In this document: piece by piece, positions 30,445 to 39,966 of the stretch
How the letters are laid out: each line of letters starts with the position of its first letter
Position numbering within the stretch: position 1 is the first letter of the stretch
NCBI GenBank assembly: GCA_015060385.1
Contig: SUYO01000005.1
Span: forward strand, 55,244-119,243
Length of the DNA: 64,000 nt
Origin: Bacteroidales bacterium
Lineage (GTDB): Bacteria > Bacteroidota > Bacteroidia > Bacteroidales > UBA932
Direction of reading: 5' to 3'
Program-made: the position numbers and the translations under genes
The notes under the pieces: generated by a model
Databases searched by the model: none
Told to the model about the DNA's origin: nothing
What the model saw: only the letters and a program-made list of their open reading frames with translations

Positions 30445-31302
30445 ATGGGAAATATTGTTATTTATACCCCCGATGAAGTAGCGGGTTACATCATATCGAT
30501 CAGGGGTAAACAGGTCATATTGGACAGAGATATTGCGGCTTTATATGGAGTCAGTACAAAGCGTCTGAATGAACAGGTCAAGAGAAATAAAGAACGATTT
30601 CCAGAGAATTTCAGGTTTCAGATTTCTAAAGAAGAATTGAATGAACTGGTCGCAGATTGCGACCGGTTCGGTATATTGAAGCATTCTTCTTCGCTTCCAT
30701 ATGTTTTTACCGAACAGGGAGTGGCGATGCTCTCGGCAGTTTTACATAGTGATATAGCTGTTAAAGTCAGTATAAGTATAATGGAGGCATTTGTTGTCAT
30801 GAGACACGATGTTTCATCACAATGTTCTTTATCCAAGAGGATTGACGTTTTGGAATTGAAGCATCTTGAAATGAGAAAGGACTTGGATGATATATTCAAT
30901 AGATTTGTAAAAAGACAAATTATTCCTGTGGAGGGAGTCTATTATGATGGTCAGATCTTTGATGCTTATGTCTTTGCTGCCGACCTGATACGTTCTGCAA
31001 GGCATACTCTTATTCTGATCGATAATTATGTAGATGACAGCGTGCTGATCATGCTTTCCAAGAGGCATGACGGGGTGTCTGCTGAAATCCGTACAGGAAG
31101 ACTGACGGAATCCCTGAAACAAGACCTTGCCAAGCATAATTCCCAGTATCCTCCGATATTGATTACTGAAGCGAAAAACATCCACGACCGCTTTCTGATA
31201 GTGGATGAAGCTGTTTACCATATCGGTGCCTCCCTGAAAGATCTTGGAAAGAAACTTTTCGCCTTCTCAAAGCTGGCTGTTCCCAAAGAAAAGTTGCTCT
31301 GA
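30445..31302 (+). CDS. ORF6N (KilA-N-like) DNA-binding domain protein with a C-terminal PLD-like domain
   Basis: IRGKQVILDRDIAALYGV.TKRLNEQVKRNKERFP, PYVFTEQGVAMLS, LIDNY and HDRFLIVD..YHIGASLKDLG motifs. Confidence 0.88.
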   Translation: MGNIVIYTPDEVAGYIISIRGKQVILDRDIAALYGVSTKRLNEQVKRNKERFPENFRFQISKEELNELVADCDRFGILKHSSSLPYVFTEQGVAMLSAVLHSDIAVKVSISIMEAFVVMRHDVSSQCSLSKRIDVLELKHLEMRKDLDDIFNRFVKRQIIPVEGVYYDGQIFDAYVFAADLIRSARHTLILIDNYVDDSVLIMLSKRHDGVSAEIRTGRLTESLKQDLAKHNSQYPPILITEAKNIHDRFLIVDEAVYHIGASLKDLGKKLFAFSKLAVPKEKLL

Positions 31303-31342
31303 ATACTTCTTTCAGTCTTTTTTTTAGGTTCAAGTTACCATA

Positions 31343-31435
31343 GCAAAGGCTGCCTTTGCAGAAAGATATGGTCACGAACCGGTCGAGATTCCGGTTGTCA
31401 TCAGTGACGGTGCCCGCCGTCTGGCGTGATGACCT
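31343..31435 (+). repeat. Direct repeat copy 2 (orphan galK 3' end)
   Basis: Encodes AKAAFAERYGHEPVEIPVVISDGARRLA*, identical to the GalK C-terminus. Confidence 0.92.
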
Positions 31436-31442
31436 TCACAGC

Positions 31443-31564
31443 GTGGCCCAACTGTCATTTGAACGACAGTTGGGCCACAATTAGTTTATGTAAAGATTTT
31501 ATAATCAATGTGTTATAACTATACCCTGTGGCTGACCTGTCATCAAAACAGCAGGTCGGCCACA
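31443..31564. repeat. Hairpin - 25-bp core - hairpin intergenic element
   Basis: GTGGCCCAACTGTC/GACAGTTGGGCCAC (31443-31478), core TAAAGATTTTATAATCAATGTGTTA (31491-31515), related hairpin TGTGGCTGACCTGT/GCAGGTCGGCCACA (31527-31564). Confidence 0.7.
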
Positions 31565-31597
31565 CAAGGGGGAATATAAAAAGGGAAGATGCTCCGC

Positions 31598-32335
31598 TTA
31601 AAAGGAAAGAAGGACCATCAGAGGGAAGTGATCTGAAACAAACTTCCTCTCTGCATATCTTTTGGTCACCGTCTGGTACTCCGGACATGAAGAGAAGCCG
31701 GAATGATATATATGGTCGATTATATCGGAATTCTTTCCCCAGTTGTTGTAGGTACCTGTATTGTCAGTCTTGGAAGCGGTCTTGCGCGCGTTGCACATCT
31801 TCGATTCAAGTTCAGCAAGGCCCGGATCCGCCGGCTTCATATAGAAACCGCCTGTCATCACTACAGGAAGGTTCTCCTTGTTGATCTCCGCAACCATCTC
31901 AATGAGCTTTCCGACAGCGTCCTTGCGCTCTGCAGCAGGGGTGCCTTCCAGATCGGCATTGACGATGTAGAATCTGCCACCTGTCTTCTTATGCTTGAGA
32001 AGGGCCCATGAAGCGACATCCGAATCCCCTGACTTCTGCACGGATACCGTCTTCTTGTTCCACATGATCACGGCTGTCTTGCCGACAGGCTTGTATTCCT
32101 TGAAGTTCTGTTCGATGAAGGTCACCTGGTCTTCCAGAGCCTCCTGAAGACCGATGACATCCGCCTGCTGATCCTTGATCATCTCTGCGGAAGCGGCATA
32201 CCTGTATAGCCAGGAATTGGTGCCGTCCTTGGCCTGGCTGTTGCGGATGTTGTATGATATGACCTTGAGGTCCTGTGCGTTCACTGCAAGCGGCAGGATT
32301 ATGGCCGCGAGGATTATTGAAAGTGTTTTCTTCAT
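31598..32335 (-). CDS. Secreted endonuclease/exonuclease/phosphatase-family protein with a degenerate active site
   Basis: ISYNIR, GLQEA, IDHI and SDHFP are retained; NADLE and TGGFY replace the canonical NTHL and GDFN. Confidence 0.8.
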   Translation of the reverse strand: MKKTLSIILAAIILPLAVNAQDLKVISYNIRNSQAKDGTNSWLYRYAASAEMIKDQQADVIGLQEALEDQVTFIEQNFKEYKPVGKTAVIMWNKKTVSVQKSGDSDVASWALLKHKKTGGRFYIVNADLEGTPAAERKDAVGKLIEMVAEINKENLPVVMTGGFYMKPADPGLAELESKMCNARKTASKTDNTGTYNNWGKNSDIIDHIYHSGFSSCPEYQTVTKRYAERKFVSDHFPLMVLLSF

Positions 32336-32404
32336 ATTGTTGGTAAAGATACTTCGACAAAATTAACTAATTTATTGTAATTTTGCAGAAATACGATCAA
32401 CAAC

Positions 32405-33415
32405 ATGGCAGAAGAAACTTTCTCAGACCTCGGCAGAGTCGAGGCTATAGCAAAACTCTACGAAGGAACCCCTTACAGACCGTTTGAAAGCAGCTGGTTC
32501 GAGACTTCAGGCAAGTCATATGTCACCCAGCAGTCACGTACTTTTCTTGAAGGTATAGACTTCGATCTGGTCTACTTCCCTCTGAAGCACCTAGGATACA
32601 AGTGCGTCACAGCCGTGACAGGAGAACTCTATGCTGAATTCTCCCACCCACGCACTCTGGACATCCGTCTTGGAATCTCCTCAAAACTGGATTTCAGACA
32701 TATCAGGGAAGTCTGGGAAGGAATAGTGACTGCAGCCAGGGAACACGGCTACAAAAAGGTCTCACTTGACCTCATGCCGTCCCCTAACGGCCTTGCAGTC
32801 AGCGTTGCCGCAGCAGGCGAGACATCCCTTCTGTCGGCAAAGCGCCGTCCGGCAGCGAAAAGCATGGACCTTATCTGCGTATCAGGCAACCTTGGAGCTG
32901 CCTTCATGGGCTTCCAGGTTCTTGAAAGGGAGAAGAGGGCCTTCGAAAAGAGCGGAGACGCAAAGGCACAGCCAAAGCTTGAAGACAACAAGCACCTTGT
33001 GGGCGCCTATCTCAAGCCTCAGATTCATCCCCAGATCATAAGTCAGATGGAGGAAGCGGAGATAATGCCTTCATACGGCTATCTCGTCACAAGAGGTCTC
33101 GCAGACGCTGTCAGACGTCTCGTACGTGACAGCGGCATGGGAGCAAAGATATACGTAGACAAGCTCCCGTTTGCAGGAAAGACATTCGAACTGGGAAAGG
33201 AACTCAACATAGATCCTATGTCGGCAGCCCTCAACGGAGGCGAGGACTACAGGCTGCTCTTCACCATTCCTATCGGAAAGCATGACAAGTTCCGTCACGA
33301 CTTCCAGACCTTCGATATCATCGGACATCTGGCTAAGCCTGAAGTAGGAGCCGTTGTCGTGACTCCGGACGGAGTAGAGCTGCCGATCAAGGCTCAGGGC
33401 TGGAAAGAGGAATAA
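32405..33415 (+). CDS. thiL: Thiamine-monophosphate kinase (ThiL)-like protein with a degenerate active site
   Basis: EGIDFDLVYFPLKHLGYK, DLICVSGNLGAAFMG, ALNGGEDYRLLFT and AQGW motifs. Confidence 0.75.
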   Translation: MAEETFSDLGRVEAIAKLYEGTPYRPFESSWFETSGKSYVTQQSRTFLEGIDFDLVYFPLKHLGYKCVTAVTGELYAEFSHPRTLDIRLGISSKLDFRHIREVWEGIVTAAREHGYKKVSLDLMPSPNGLAVSVAAAGETSLLSAKRRPAAKSMDLICVSGNLGAAFMGFQVLEREKRAFEKSGDAKAQPKLEDNKHLVGAYLKPQIHPQIISQMEEAEIMPSYGYLVTRGLADAVRRLVRDSGMGAKIYVDKLPFAGKTFELGKELNIDPMSAALNGGEDYRLLFTIPIGKHDKFRHDFQTFDIIGHLAKPEVGAVVVTPDGVELPIKAQGWKEE

Positions 33416-33417
33416 AT

Positions 33418-34368
33418 CTAAAGATTCACAAGATAATGCATCATCTTGTTTTCAGGGGCATCCTTCAGGATGACCCTTTTTTCTTTGTCAAGAAGATAGA
33501 GCGAAGGGATTGCACGTACGCTGTAAAGTTCTTCATTCCTGATGACAAGCTCCGCATCAAACCCGTTGTACCATTCTTCCGGATAGATCGGCATGTAGTC
33601 CAGCCATCCCTGAAGGTCTTCGTCGATGTACATGTTCACAACGGCAAGATGACCCTCGGATATCATCTGAGCTATCTTCGGTTCCCCCTTGAGCATGTTG
33701 ATTATGTTCAGGCAGGCCTCGCATCCCGGATTGCTGAAGAACAGCAGGGTGAAATCCGCCTTAACGCTGTAAAGGTTCCTTACCCTTCCCCTGTTGTCGG
33801 TAAACCTGAAGTCCGTCGCCTTCTGTCCGAGACGGTTCAAGGCGCATTCCTTCGCATGTCGGGCATATTTCGCCCTTTCCTCTGCGCTGATACCCTCATA
33901 TGAAACAAGACGTCCGGCATAATGGAGATAGTATTCCTCGTTTCTCATAGGGGAATTCGCATCATACATGTACTTGTCCGCCAGCGCCCGGAATGTCTCG
34001 AACACATTTGAAGATGTGTCCTTCATTTCGCAGGCAAGCGCCTTGTCATACAGCTTGGTTATCGCCTTTTCGGAATTCCTGAGAGAGACCATGTCGAGGA
34101 TGTTCAGCCAGTTTGCATACTTCTGCTCCAGATCGGACTTGCGTACTCCGCTGACCAGAACGGAATCGCAAGGGAAGTCCCTCTCGGAAGAAAGGAAGGA
34201 ATCCCAGAAATGGGCCGCATAATAATCCGCCGCATCCTGCTGGCTCTGGATCATCGCCGGCAATGTTATATCAGGAAAAGGCAGAGCCGTGAACTGCTCC
34301 GCCTTTTTCTGTCCGCATCCTGCCGCTGCAAGAACGGTCAGGATGAAAATTATCATTCTTTTATTCAT
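33418..34368 (-). CDS. DUF5106-type lipoprotein with a C-terminal thioredoxin-like domain
   Basis: Lipobox AAGC, HFWD, NSPMRNEEYY, ATDF, PGCEAC and RAIPSLYLLD motifs. Confidence 0.75.
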   Translation of the reverse strand: MNKRMIIFILTVLAAAGCGQKKAEQFTALPFPDITLPAMIQSQQDAADYYAAHFWDSFLSSERDFPCDSVLVSGVRKSDLEQKYANWLNILDMVSLRNSEKAITKLYDKALACEMKDTSSNVFETFRALADKYMYDANSPMRNEEYYLHYAGRLVSYEGISAEERAKYARHAKECALNRLGQKATDFRFTDNRGRVRNLYSVKADFTLLFFSNPGCEACLNIINMLKGEPKIAQMISEGHLAVVNMYIDEDLQGWLDYMPIYPEEWYNGFDAELVIRNEELYSVRAIPSLYLLDKEKRVILKDAPENKMMHYLVNL

Positions 34369-36067
34369 TGCTGCCTTTTACTGCTGCCTCTGATATGTTG
34401 ATGAGGAAGTCACCTATCTTCTCGAGTTCATTCAGCACATCGATGTAGTAGACACCTGTGAGGTAGTTGTAGCTGTTGTTCTCGATGTTCACGATATGTT
34501 CCTCCCTGAGATGGTTCCTGCACTCGTTTATGTTGTACTCCGCATTCAGCGCATTCGAAATGTCCTTGAGATCCGGATTCCTGAGGTTGGCAATCATCAC
34601 ATCATAACCCTTCTGCACAAGGTCCATCATCTTGTTCAGGCGGTCAAGAAGAGACTTGTCGAACACCTTTCCATGAACGTTCTTCCTCTTGAGGATACGG
34701 CCTATAGACTCGCCTGAGTCGCCGAGGGACTCCATCTCCTTGATGATCTTGTACATAGACTTTATCGTGTCGGCTGCTTCCTCGCTTATCTCGTTCTTGG
34801 AAACTTCGTTAAGGTATGAGGCAATCTCGAACTCTATCCTGTCGGTGATTTCCTCATACTTGATGAGTTTGTCGTTAAGGACATCGAACTTGTCAGGATT
34901 TGGCTCGTTCACAGCCTGACGCAGATAGCTGAAGCCGTTCCGGCAGATTTCGGCAAAGTGTACCATCTCCTGCTGAGCCTCGTTGAGAGAGAGTTCTGCA
35001 GTCGAAAGAGGACCTCCTGAAATATACTTGAGCCTGAATACTTCCTCACCCTTAGGAGCCTTCACCATCCATACTACAAGTTTCTCTATATAAGAAGTGA
35101 ACCATATGAGGATCAGAGTATTGGTGATATTGAAGAGGGTGTGGAGCATTGAGATTCCGTATAGAAGGGATGTCTCCGCATCCGGAGAAGTAAGGTCCAC
35201 TGTAAGCGGATTCGAGAATCCGAGAGCTTCCATGATCATACCTACAAGCCTGAGGAAAGGCCTGAACACTATCAGCACCCAAAGAACACCGAATACATTG
35301 AATACAGTATGGGCACGGGCAGCTCTCTTTGCGGAGGTATTACCTACTGCCGCAGCCATGTTGGCTGTGATCGTGGTACCGATGTTCTCACCGAGGACCA
35401 TGGCGCAGGCAAGCTGGAAATCAATGAGTCCGGAAGTGGTCAGGAGCATTGTGATCGCCATTGTTGCGCTGGAAGCCTGAAGGACGATGGTGAGGATCGT
35501 TCCTGCAAGGAGGAATATGATCTGCGATCCGAAGCCGAAGCCGGTGAAATGCGAGAAGAACGCGAGCATCGCATCCTTGTTGCTCAGAAGAGCACCCGCA
35601 GACGACTTCATGAACGAAAGTCCGAGGAACATGATGGCGAATCCTACGACGAACTCACCTATGCTCTTGTTCTTCTGTTTCTTTGATGAATGGAGGATGA
35701 ATCCGAGAGCCATCAAAGGAACGGAGAATATCGAAATATCTACAGAAAAACCGAGAGCCGTCACCCAAGCGGTAAGAGTCGTACCGATGTTGGCTCCCAT
35801 GATCACTCCTATGGCGTTGCCAAGGGTAAGGAGACCGGCATTCACGAAACTTACGACCATGATGGTTGTAGCCGAGGAGGACTGCACGAGGGCAGTTACT
35901 CCGAGACCTGTTATGACACGCTTGAACCTGTTCGAAGTCATCGAAGCAAGGAAAGACCTCAGCTTGTCGCCGGCCGTTTTCTGAAGACCCTCACTCATCA
36001 GTGTCATTCCGTAGAGGAACATGCCGAGGGCACCTATGAGAGTGAAGACCTGAAGTAGATTACTCAT
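34361..36067 (-). CDS. Na/Pi cotransporter family protein with PhoU-like C-terminal domains
   Basis: QSSSATT, GANIGTT, QASSA, GENIGTT and ELEKIGD motifs. Confidence 0.93.
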   Translation of the reverse strand: MSNLLQVFTLIGALGMFLYGMTLMSEGLQKTAGDKLRSFLASMTSNRFKRVITGLGVTALVQSSSATTIMVVSFVNAGLLTLGNAIGVIMGANIGTTLTAWVTALGFSVDISIFSVPLMALGFILHSSKKQKNKSIGEFVVGFAIMFLGLSFMKSSAGALLSNKDAMLAFFSHFTGFGFGSQIIFLLAGTILTIVLQASSATMAITMLLTTSGLIDFQLACAMVLGENIGTTITANMAAAVGNTSAKRAARAHTVFNVFGVLWVLIVFRPFLRLVGMIMEALGFSNPLTVDLTSPDAETSLLYGISMLHTLFNITNTLILIWFTSYIEKLVVWMVKAPKGEEVFRLKYISGGPLSTAELSLNEAQQEMVHFAEICRNGFSYLRQAVNEPNPDKFDVLNDKLIKYEEITDRIEFEIASYLNEVSKNEISEEAADTIKSMYKIIKEMESLGDSGESIGRILKRKNVHGKVFDKSLLDRLNKMMDLVQKGYDVMIANLRNPDLKDISNALNAEYNINECRNHLREEHIVNIENNSYNYLTGVYYIDVLNELEKIGDFLINISEAAVKGSNE

Positions 36068-36146
36068 AAATATCTTAGGTTGAAAAACACGCAAAAATAA
36101 ATAAAATAATTAGATTTGTAGATAATAATGGACGTAAAGATTCAGA

Positions 36147-39100
36147 ATGACAACAAGGTTAATCAGACATATAAGGATATTTCTGGCGATTACGGTTCTG
36201 CTCCTGCTTCCGGCAGGTCTCAGGGCACAGTTCTATGTTACCGGTGACAATCCCGGAAGGCTCAGATGGAACAGCATCGACACGGACAATTTCAGGATCA
36301 TATATCCCCAGGGTTCCGACTCCCTCGCACGGGTATACGGGTACAAGCTCGAAAAATACAGGATACCGGTTTCCAGAAGCACCGGTTACCTGAACAAGGG
36401 CAGGATGCCGGTGGTAATGCATGCCTACAATGCTGCCAACGGTTCTGTGGCATGGGCACCAAAGAGGATGGACCTCTTCACACTCCCGTCCCCATATGCA
36501 CCGGAACCTCTGCCATGGTCCACCATGCTTTCCGTCCATGAAGGAAGGCATGTGACCCAGATGCAGTTCGGAATGACAAGGGCCCACAAGCCTTTCGGAT
36601 GGTTCCTTGGAGAGATGTGGAACATCGTGGCTTCGCTCGTATATCCGGGAATGGCGAACATAGAAGGAGATGCCGTCATCGCTGAAACCGCCCTCACGAA
36701 TTCTGGCAGAGGAAGGACCGCGGATTTCCTTAACTACTACAAGGTCGCCTTCGACAACGGGGACTTCCGCAAATGGCACAGATGGCGCTTCATGTCTCAG
36801 AGAGGATATTCGCCGAATCATTATGCGCTCGGATATCTTACTCTCGGAGGTTTCAGATACCTGTATGACTGTCCGATGTACATGAACGGAATCTATGATC
36901 TTGCGTCCCGCCGTCCGTACAACCTTACCGCCCAGTATTCGGTAACGAAGAAGCTTACGGGAAAGAAATATCAGGAAGCCTTTGACGAAGTCTGCCATAC
37001 CATCCACGAGATATGGAAGAAGGAAGCTGATGCCAGGGCTCCGTTCATCCCTATGGAACCCGTAAGCGAAGAACCGCGCCTGTACACGGATTACAGCGGT
37101 ACAGCGGTCGTGGACGGCACGATATATTCTATCAAGAAAGGACATGAGACAGCCCCTGTGCTTGTAAGCATTGATTCTGATGGCAAGGAAAAGGTGCTTT
37201 CCCGCTTTGCTTATGAGACAGGACGGCTCAAGGTTTCGCGCCATCTGAAAAGACTCTACTGGAGTGAATCTTCTACGGACGATAGATGGTCATTGGAGTC
37301 AAGGTCAAGGATCAGGTACATGAACCTGTCGGGAAAAGGCAAGGGCAGTCTTACCGGTTCCCGACGACTTCTCCATAATCCGGACATAAACCCGGGATCG
37401 AGTCTTGTCGCCACTGTGGAATATTCGGCTGACGGCCGCTCGGCACTGACTGTAGTCAACGGAATCAATGGTGATGTTGCCATTTCTGTACCGGGACCGA
37501 AGGGTGTACAGCTGGTAGAGACCGCATGGATCGGGAAGGACCTTCTTGCGACCGGTCTTACCGACGAAGGATACGGAATATACGGGTACGCCGACGGCAG
37601 GTGGAGGACGGTCCTCGAACCTCAGCCGGTGATGATCAAGGACTTTCAGGTCCATGGGGACCAGGTCATGTTCACAAGCGACAGGACCGGAGTCAACGAA
37701 CTCTACCACCTCGACCCCTCGACCGGCAGCCTCCGGCAGAAGACCGTAACCCGTTACGGTGCATCAGATTTCGCATATGACGATTCGGGAAAGTATCTCT
37801 ATTACTCGTCCCAGACCCTCAAGGGTATGAAGATCTTCCGTACGGCCGTCGAGGACCTGATCGACAGGGAAGCGGACTTCACCCAGAGACACAAGTGGAC
37901 GATAGCCGAGGAGATGGCGCGTCAGGAGAGGGAACTTGCCCTTAAGGACGGCTTTGAGGAAGCCGTGACGGAGGTGGATGTGGACTTCTCCCAGCCTCGC
38001 AGGTACCGGAAGCTCCCTCATATGTTCAATGTACATTCATGGACTCCGTTCTATGTCAGTGTCGACAACATAATGAACATGTCGTTCGACCGCGTCTGGC
38101 AGGCGGTTTCCCTTGGTGCGGCGGCTATAATGCAGAACCGGCTTTCCAACTCGTACGGCGAATTCGGCTATTCGGCCCATAAGGACCCGTACAATCCGGA
38201 AAGATGGAGACATTCGGGCCATGCAAAGCTGACATATTCAGGTCTTTATCCGGTCATAGAGCTTTCTGTGGACTTCAACGACAGGGCTGCGCTTCAGTAT
38301 GCTCCGAAATATTACATGAACGGTAATTCCGCAAGCATTTCGATCACCACATCGGAACTCAATGTACCTTACATTCAGGGTGGGATTTCAATGTACATCC
38401 CATGGAACTTCTCGTCCGGAGGATGGTACAGAGGCATAGTGCCGAAGGTTTCCTACAGGATAAGCAACGACAAGTTCAATACAGCCATGGCTGTGCAGGA
38501 GCTTGAAAATGTCGTAAATCCAGGAATGGGCGATGATGGGGCTGAGGAAAGTTTCTACAGCTTTATCGGAGCGACTAAGGGCAGGAATACCTTCAGACAC
38601 AGTCTGAGCGGTTCCATAAGGGCATATACCATGCTATCCACCCCGAATTCGGCAATCTATCCGAAGTGGGGAATCGGAGTCGAGGCAGGAGCTTCGGGAA
38701 GCATCGAAAGCTCTGCCTACATGTCCCCTATGGGATATGGATATGTGTACGGATATGTTCCGGGCATCATTTCCACACATGGAATAAAGCTGACCGCCAT
38801 GCACCAGATGAAGGTTTCTGACGCTCCTTTCGGACAGGCTGTAGTGAATGTACTGCCTCGAGGAATGAAATCCGATTCGGGACTTCTCAGCTGGCTCAGT
38901 CACCGCAACACCCACATGACAAAGATCACCGCGGACTATGCTTTCCCTATATATATCGGAGACATCGGAATCGGAGGAACCCTGTTCTCAATCAAGAGGC
39001 TGTCCGTCAACCCGCATTTCGACTATACCTTTGCGGGAGGATACGGCCTGTATTCGGCGGGAGGAACCCTTTCCCTGGACATGAACACCATGTTCTCCAT

Positions 39101-39230
39101 AGCATGGCCATACTCTGTCGGCATAACATATTCATATAACGGCGGAAGCGGATTCGATGTCTTTGCACAGCAGAGCGGACTTTCCCTCGGCCACCATTTC
39201 GTAGGACCAACATTCAACGTTTCATTCTGA
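36147..39230 (+). CDS. Large outer-membrane protein: N-terminal gluzincin-like domain, TolB-like beta-propeller and C-terminal beta-barrel
   Basis: Signal peptide, HEGRH followed by EGDAV, FTSDRTGVNELY repeats, terminal aromatic residue (FNVSF). Confidence 0.65.
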   Translation: MTTRLIRHIRIFLAITVLLLLPAGLRAQFYVTGDNPGRLRWNSIDTDNFRIIYPQGSDSLARVYGYKLEKYRIPVSRSTGYLNKGRMPVVMHAYNAANGSVAWAPKRMDLFTLPSPYAPEPLPWSTMLSVHEGRHVTQMQFGMTRAHKPFGWFLGEMWNIVASLVYPGMANIEGDAVIAETALTNSGRGRTADFLNYYKVAFDNGDFRKWHRWRFMSQRGYSPNHYALGYLTLGGFRYLYDCPMYMNGIYDLASRRPYNLTAQYSVTKKLTGKKYQEAFDEVCHTIHEIWKKEADARAPFIPMEPVSEEPRLYTDYSGTAVVDGTIYSIKKGHETAPVLVSIDSDGKEKVLSRFAYETGRLKVSRHLKRLYWSESSTDDRWSLESRSRIRYMNLSGKGKGSLTGSRRLLHNPDINPGSSLVATVEYSADGRSALTVVNGINGDVAISVPGPKGVQLVETAWIGKDLLATGLTDEGYGIYGYADGRWRTVLEPQPVMIKDFQVHGDQVMFTSDRTGVNELYHLDPSTGSLRQKTVTRYGASDFAYDDSGKYLYYSSQTLKGMKIFRTAVEDLIDREADFTQRHKWTIAEEMARQERELALKDGFEEAVTEVDVDFSQPRRYRKLPHMFNVHSWTPFYVSVDNIMNMSFDRVWQAVSLGAAAIMQNRLSNSYGEFGYSAHKDPYNPERWRHSGHAKLTYSGLYPVIELSVDFNDRAALQYAPKYYMNGNSASISITTSELNVPYIQGGISMYIPWNFSSGGWYRGIVPKVSYRISNDKFNTAMAVQELENVVNPGMGDDGAEESFYSFIGATKGRNTFRHSLSGSIRAYTMLSTPNSAIYPKWGIGVEAGASGSIESSAYMSPMGYGYVYGYVPGIISTHGIKLTAMHQMKVSDAPFGQAVVNVLPRGMKSDSGLLSWLSHRNTHMTKITADYAFPIYIGDIGIGGTLFSIKRLSVNPHFDYTFAGGYGLYSAGGTLSLDMNTMFSIAWPYSVGITYSYNGGSGFDVFAQQSGLSLGHHFVGPTFNVSF

Positions 39231-39231
39231 T

Positions 39232-39894
39232 ATGTCAATAACAACCCAGGCTCTTGCGCCATGCAGCAGATGCGGGCAGCAGCAGACAATTACAATCTAC
39301 AAAAGCATAAACATCTCCGAGAATCCGGAGTTCAAGGACAAGGTACGCGACGGCTCTCTCTTTCTCTGGGAGTGTCCCCACTGCGGTCAGGTCAATCTGG
39401 CCAAATATGAGACCCTATATCACGATCCGGCTGCAAAGCTGATGGTGTGGCTGATTCCTTCAGGAGAAATCTCAGAGACCCAGATGCAGGCCATCACAAT
39501 GCACACCAAGGCAATGGGAGGCTACACCCTCCGCAGGGTCAACGATATGGGATCACTCATGGAGAAGGTGCTGATCAGCGATGCAGGGCTTGACGATGTC
39601 GTGCTGGAGATGTGCAAGTATGTGACCAAGCTGGAGATGCTTCAGAAGAGCGTCGGGGCGGAGCAGAAGGAGGAGTTCCTTGCTTCTGTCTTCCATTTCT
39701 ACCGCAGCGAAGGAGAGGGCGATGGACGCATCCTGACCTTCATGTACGCCCTTGACGGCCAGATGCTTGGAGTCAACATCGGCTGGAATGTCTATCAGGA
39801 CTGCGCCGGCATCCTCGAGCGCAACCCTCAGGTGCGTCCCGAAGAAGGCTTCGCCAAGGTCGATGCCGACTGGCTCAGCTCCAAGCTAGCCTGA
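39232..39894 (+). CDS. CpXC domain protein
   Basis: CSRCG...SIN...LF..ECPHCG...LYHDP pattern. Confidence 0.8.
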   Translation: MSITTQALAPCSRCGQQQTITIYKSINISENPEFKDKVRDGSLFLWECPHCGQVNLAKYETLYHDPAAKLMVWLIPSGEISETQMQAITMHTKAMGGYTLRRVNDMGSLMEKVLISDAGLDDVVLEMCKYVTKLEMLQKSVGAEQKEEFLASVFHFYRSEGEGDGRILTFMYALDGQMLGVNIGWNVYQDCAGILERNPQVRPEEGFAKVDADWLSSKLA

Positions 39895-39966
39895 ACTGTC
39901 GTTTGAATTTATTTTTGAAAGGCAAGGCAAGATTAGTTATCTTTGTCATCCTAAAAAATTGATCAT

